Shown here one piece after another: positions 59,689 through 64,000 of a stretch of 64,000 nt of DNA. Below the pieces are notes generated by a model, which was not told the origin of the DNA, ran no database searches, and saw only the letters and a program-made list of their open reading frames with translations. Every line of letters starts with the position of its first letter. The stretch's first letter is position 1. This DNA is from a virus: positions 32,001 through 96,000 of the IMG/VR virus record IMGVR_UViG_3300034685_000168. One strand, 5' to 3'. The position numbers were made by a program, and so were the translations under genes.

Positions 59689-60519
59689 ATGAAATTCGAT
59701 GAACAACAAGAAAAAGAAGCAAGAGATTTAATAAAGAAATACTTTAGTTTATTTAAAAGACAAAATAAATATATCTACAAAATAGATGATATGTGGATAT
59801 ATACTTCTATGATAGAATCTGATATTTTAAAGTATTATACTTGTATCGAACATTCACCTATACATATCGTTAATTTTAAAGATGATAAATTCGAAGAAGT
59901 ATTTTTTAAATTATTCCCTGATTTAATAAACAAAGATTTCTCTATTGAATTAAAAGTATTAAATACTATAATAAACAAAGCATCTTCCTTAAATAACTTA
60001 AAATTAAAAGACGATGGTGGGTTACTTTATATAACTAACGTACCTCATATAAAATCTAAACAAGGAACTAAATTAAAAGATCCTAAAGATGATGTTCCTG
60101 AAAACCAGATAAACTATGAAAATATATTAATTGGAAATTATATTAATAAATTAATAAAAGAATCTATTAAAAATATTATAGATGAATTGAAACAACACAC
60201 TGTATTTTTAAAACCATTAGAAATAGAAGAGTTTGTAAATAATGAAACATTCTTTGTAAGATTTAAAGAGAATGATTTAAATGAATATGTTGGAAAAGAT
60301 AAAAAATCAACTAATATTAATATCCCAATATGGGATGGTGAATCTTCTGTTTCTGTATGTGAATTTGTTAAAAAAATGAAATATGAAAAAGACCCAGAGA
60401 TATTATTAAATATCTATATCATAAACGATCACATTAAACATTCTTTTTTATATAAGGCAGAAGATATAGATGTATTATCTTTACATAGAAGAATATGGTT
60501 TCCTTTTATTTTAAAATAA
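59689..60519 (+). CDS. Hypothetical protein
   Basis: 276 aa, AAGGA RBS. Confidence 0.7.
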   Translation: MKFDEQQEKEARDLIKKYFSLFKRQNKYIYKIDDMWIYTSMIESDILKYYTCIEHSPIHIVNFKDDKFEEVFFKLFPDLINKDFSIELKVLNTIINKASSLNNLKLKDDGGLLYITNVPHIKSKQGTKLKDPKDDVPENQINYENILIGNYINKLIKESIKNIIDELKQHTVFLKPLEIEEFVNNETFFVRFKENDLNEYVGKDKKSTNINIPIWDGESSVSVCEFVKKMKYEKDPEILLNIYIINDHIKHSFLYKAEDIDVLSLHRRIWFPFILK

Positions 60520-60532
60520 AGAGAGAATTATT

Positions 60533-62017
60533 ATGACAGAAGAATATATACCTGATAAGGATATGGAAGAATCAATTCCTGATCAAGAAGAAGTTACTCC
60601 AGTTGAAGAAGAAGTAATAGAAAAAAATAAAATTGATGAAGAAGATAAAAAAGATCTTAGTTTTTTATATCCCGAAAAAGTATTAACTAAGTTATCTAAT
60701 ACTGTAGCAGATTTTACTAATGTGTTGAGTGTCGTTATTCATAAGCAAGATAATATAATTAATGAATTAAATGATTTATTAGAAGTAAAGAAAATTACAG
60801 CAGAAGAAGTAAAAAAAGCTGGCGGTGATGATAATAATTTTATTAAGAATATATTTAAATCCAATATTCTTTATACAGACAGACAATCAATGCTTAATAA
60901 AGAATGGAATAACGTAGAAAAAGATAATTTTAATATTACTGATAAAGAATCAGAAGTTGCATCTAAACTTATTAAGAAATTTAATAGTAAAGGGCAAAAA
61001 TTAGAGGGTAAATTAGCTAAATTAGCTCTTATAGCTAAAACAACTGGTTATATTCATAATCCGTTATTTCATTCGGGATTCTGGGTAAAACAAATTCCTA
61101 TTCCTTTACCTGAACTATATGATTGTTATGTGTCTATAGATACTGAATTAAATGATTTTGGTAGGATATATACAGTTCATTCCCTTAGTATGGGGGATAT
61201 ATTAGTTCAAGAAGCTACATTACGAATTATACATAAACATATTGTAGATTCTAACCTAGAAGGTTGGGAAGATTTTGATACATTTATTAGTTGTTTAGTT
61301 GAATTTGATTTTGATTTACTTTTATTAAATACAGTTAGATTAATGTTTAGAGATGGTATAGATTTAACTCTATCATGTCTTAATCCTGAATGTATAGCAA
61401 CTGATAATTTTAATATAAATTTTGCTGATTTACGTTTAGATAATTTAGATAAATTAGATGATAAAGCAATAGAAATAATGATGTCTGATAATGTTACACC
61501 AGAACAACTGGTTGAATATAGAGCTAAATATTTACCTAATAAAAAAATAAAATTATCTGATAGTATTGGTATGACATTTAAACCTGCTGTCATTAGTGAT
61601 AGATTTTCTGTAGGTGTAGAAATAGTTAAACTTATTCAGAATAAATTAAAACAAAATAAAAAATATAATATTAATGATTTAGTATCCATTAATTTCATTA
61701 AGATAATAAAACCATGGGTTAAAAATGTTCTTCTATATGACGAAGAAACAGAAGAACTAGAAGGTGTAATAAGTGATTTTGATGATATAGTTGATACATT
61801 TAGTACATTCATGACAGACAATGATAGTAATATAACAGAAGAACTTATTAAATATAAGTCGGAAATAAGAATGTCATTCGTTGGTCACAAACCATTTAAA
61901 TGTAAAAAATGTAATCATGAAACAAAAGAAGATTATTTACAGATAGGAGATATTCAATCTATTTTTTTTATCGTAGTCTACCAACTATTGACTACAGCAG
62001 CTTCGAAAACGATTTAG
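60533..62017 (+). CDS. Putative baseplate hub assembly protein (T4 gp26-like, phiKZ-type)
   Basis: PLFHSGFWV and two Cys pairs (CLNPEC, CKKC). Confidence 0.5.
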   Translation: MTEEYIPDKDMEESIPDQEEVTPVEEEVIEKNKIDEEDKKDLSFLYPEKVLTKLSNTVADFTNVLSVVIHKQDNIINELNDLLEVKKITAEEVKKAGGDDNNFIKNIFKSNILYTDRQSMLNKEWNNVEKDNFNITDKESEVASKLIKKFNSKGQKLEGKLAKLALIAKTTGYIHNPLFHSGFWVKQIPIPLPELYDCYVSIDTELNDFGRIYTVHSLSMGDILVQEATLRIIHKHIVDSNLEGWEDFDTFISCLVEFDFDLLLLNTVRLMFRDGIDLTLSCLNPECIATDNFNINFADLRLDNLDKLDDKAIEIMMSDNVTPEQLVEYRAKYLPNKKIKLSDSIGMTFKPAVISDRFSVGVEIVKLIQNKLKQNKKYNINDLVSINFIKIIKPWVKNVLLYDEETEELEGVISDFDDIVDTFSTFMTDNDSNITEELIKYKSEIRMSFVGHKPFKCKKCNHETKEDYLQIGDIQSIFFIVVYQLLTTAASKTI

Positions 62018-62043
62018 CATTAAGTATCAATACTTATAACAAG

Positions 62044-62436
62044 TTGGTAGACAGTATTAAAAATTCTGAAGGATATGAGAAATATAGATCTTTTAGAATT
62101 ATATCGAAGCAAACTATAGATGAATTAAATTTTGCTAATAGATTTTGTTTATTAGAAAGAAATAAAAATAAAAAAGTAGAAGGTTTTTTTGGTCCCAATA
62201 AAGATTTAAAAGAAGATATAATAGAATTTTTATATAATTCACATGTTACAGAAAAACTAGGGTTATCTTTTGATAAGATATTTTATAATGAAGATTTAAA
62301 TTCTTATTTAAAGATTAAACGTAAAGAAGATGAATATTGTGAAAAATTAAGAAAAGCTAAAAATTCTAATGATAATGAAGAATCAGAAATTAATATGAAA
62401 AAAATAATGAAGGAGTTTAAAAAATATGACAGATAA
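62044..62436 (+). CDS. Hypothetical protein
   Basis: 130-aa ORF overlapping the chaperonin start. Confidence 0.55.
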   Translation: MVDSIKNSEGYEKYRSFRIISKQTIDELNFANRFCLLERNKNKKVEGFFGPNKDLKEDIIEFLYNSHVTEKLGLSFDKIFYNEDLNSYLKIKRKEDEYCEKLRKAKNSNDNEESEINMKKIMKEFKKYDR

Positions 62437-64000
62437 ATTAGAGACTGCGGAGAAAATAAGATATGTAACTAATCTAAGATCTGATAAGTCTAACATTATT
62501 AGTAATGAAGAAATTAGATCTAAAATCCTTGAAGTTTTTGATATTATAGAAAATGAACTTTATAAGCATTGTGGTCCTAAAAGTAATTATGCAATGATTA
62601 TAGACCCTGCTAGATATGCAGATCCTGTATTTACTAAAGATGGTATTAATATTGTAAGAAGTATGGAATTTATTAATGAGATTTCGAATACTGCGAAAAG
62701 AATAATTGCTTATATTGGAAAAAAAATAGATAAGTCTTCGTTTGATGGTACAACTACATCTATGATTATATTTATATCGGCTATTAAACATATAATCGAT
62801 GGTGGTGAATTGTTTGATATGCCAACAAGTGTTATAAACAAATGTTATAATAATTTTGTAAAAGAGTTTAATACTAAATATGAAGATTGTATTTATACAG
62901 TAGATAAATTAATGGATCTTACAGGAAAAACTAAAGATGAAATTATTTATCAAATTGCATACTCACAAGCTTATACATCTTCTCATGGTGATACAGAACT
63001 AGCACAAGTAGTTGCTGAATGTTTTGTTAAAAACCAATATGATAATTTTAAATCTATTATAATAGAACGATCTGAAATAGAATCTGAAAGTAGATTTATT
63101 ATTAATGAATATACAAAACAATTTGAGACAGATGATGTTTATCCTATTTCATTTAAGATGAATAATGAAAATCTTAATACATCTTTTAAAAAAGAAAAAG
63201 TAGATCTTCTTCTATTCCAGGATGAACTTAATGATGGTGATAAAAATAGCCAATACATTATGTCAGAAATACTAAGAGTAATACAAGATAAAGAAAGTAA
63301 TGATCTTGTTATTTTAACTAATGGTATGACTAATTTTGGTAAACAAGAAATTATACAAGTTCTTAATGAATATAATGCGTTTGATAGAGTTGCTGTTTTT
63401 ATTAAATCCTGGAATCATACATTGGAAGAAGTTAATGATCTTCTTATTCTACGCAATATTATTGTACAAAATGACAGTACTCCAATGTATGAAGTGATTA
63501 AAACAGAAAATGCTGAAATAGAATGTAAGAATAGTAAATTAGCTATTGGTAATCTTTTTGAAAGAAATGAAGATGGAACTCATCCATTTTATCATGATAA
63601 AACTAAAAAAGAATTTCATAAGCTTCTTACTATAATTGATAATATGATCAAAGATCTTGAAGAAGATACTGCACCTAATACTATACAAAAAATAAATAGA
63701 ATTAGAAAAGTATATAGTAGAATAGTTTATCCTATAACTACAAGTATTAAGATTTGTGGCAAAGGATATGATAATATTAGTATGATTGATGTTATCACTG
63801 ATGTTGTTGGTGCAACCAAAGTTTCGTTACAGAATGGTTTTGTTCCTGCTTCTGGTGTTGCATTTTATACAACACTTGATAAATTAGATCCTTATTTGAA
63901 TAAGAATAGTATTTTTATAAAAGCATTTAAACAAGTATTACGAAAAATATCTGACCATATTGGAACACTGGGATTTGATATTGAAGTATTCTATGATGTT
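62426..64000 (+). CDS. groEL: GroEL-like phage chaperonin (3'-partial; absent from ORF track)
   Basis: Both ends translated by hand in one frame: HCGPK, FTKDGINI, FDGTTT, ITDVVGATKVSLQNGFVPASGVA; AGGAG RBS. Confidence 0.85.
   Translation, partial: MTDKLETAEKIRYVTNLRSDKSNIISNEEIRSKILEVFDIIENELYKHCGPKSNYAMIIDPARYADPVFTKDGINIVRSMEFINEISNTAKRIIAYIGKKIDKSSFDGTTTSMIIFISAIKHIIDGGELFDMPTSVINKCYNNFVKEFNTKYEDCIYTVDKLMDLTGKTKDEIIYQIAYSQAYTSSHGDTELAQVVAECFVKNQYDNFKSIIIERSEIESESRFIINEYTKQFETDDVYPISFKMNNENLNTSFKKEKVDLLLFQDELNDGDKNSQYIMSEILRVIQDKESNDLVILTNGMTNFGKQEIIQVLNEYNAFDRVAVFIKSWNHTLEEVNDLLILRNIIVQNDSTPMYEVIKTENAEIECKNSKLAIGNLFERNEDGTHPFYHDKTKKEFHKLLTIIDNMIKDLEEDTAPNTIQKINRIRKVYSRIVYPITTSIKICGKGYDNISMIDVITDVVGATKVSLQNGFVPASGVAFYTTLDKLDPYLNKNSIFIKAFKQVLRKISDHIGTLGFDIEVFYDV

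Noticed and set aside
2075-62791. Short antisense ORFs in the track (e.g. 2075, 4555, 14407, 29291, 47458, 58858, 61207, 62474)
   Set aside because: They lie opposite or within well-supported genes, lack an RBS, and have the composition of shadow frames
1-64000. Alternative genetic code (TAG/TGA recoding)
   Set aside because: Core genes are full length in the standard code and coding density is high
1-64000. tRNA or rRNA genes
   Set aside because: No cloverleaf or T-loop context found by eye in intergenic regions; GGTTCG hits lie inside CDSs. tRNAscan was not run

Overview
Very AT-rich, densely coding segment of a jumbo myophage of the phiKZ-like (Chimalliviridae-related) type, read in the standard genetic code. 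It carries head and tail genes: terminase large subunit, S80-type prohead protease, portal, baseplate-type proteins, sheath and tube. It also carries fragments of both multisubunit RNA polymerases, both halves of a split family-B DNA polymerase about 55 kb apart, RuvC, SbcC, RNase HI, a divergent two-subunit type IIA topoisomerase, and a GroEL-like chaperonin running off the right end. Main unusual points: (1) the tail sheath is split into two genes, with an Ig/FN3-like domain appended at the break and bracketed by an in-frame 13-bp direct repeat; (2) an active plus a catalytically dead ClpP pair is co-transcribed with the prohead protease, and internal-head-like proteins carry N-G where phiKZ has the E-G cleavage motif; (3) a ~1.7 kb locus combines a GC-rich structured element, an orphan ORF, five exactly 30-bp-spaced repeats, twin hairpins and an AT-rich tract, and is a candidate replication origin; (4) early genes sit in promoter-gene-terminator cassettes with duplicated flanks and include micro-ORFs. 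All family assignments come from motif recognition and recalled phiKZ gene order; no database search was run.
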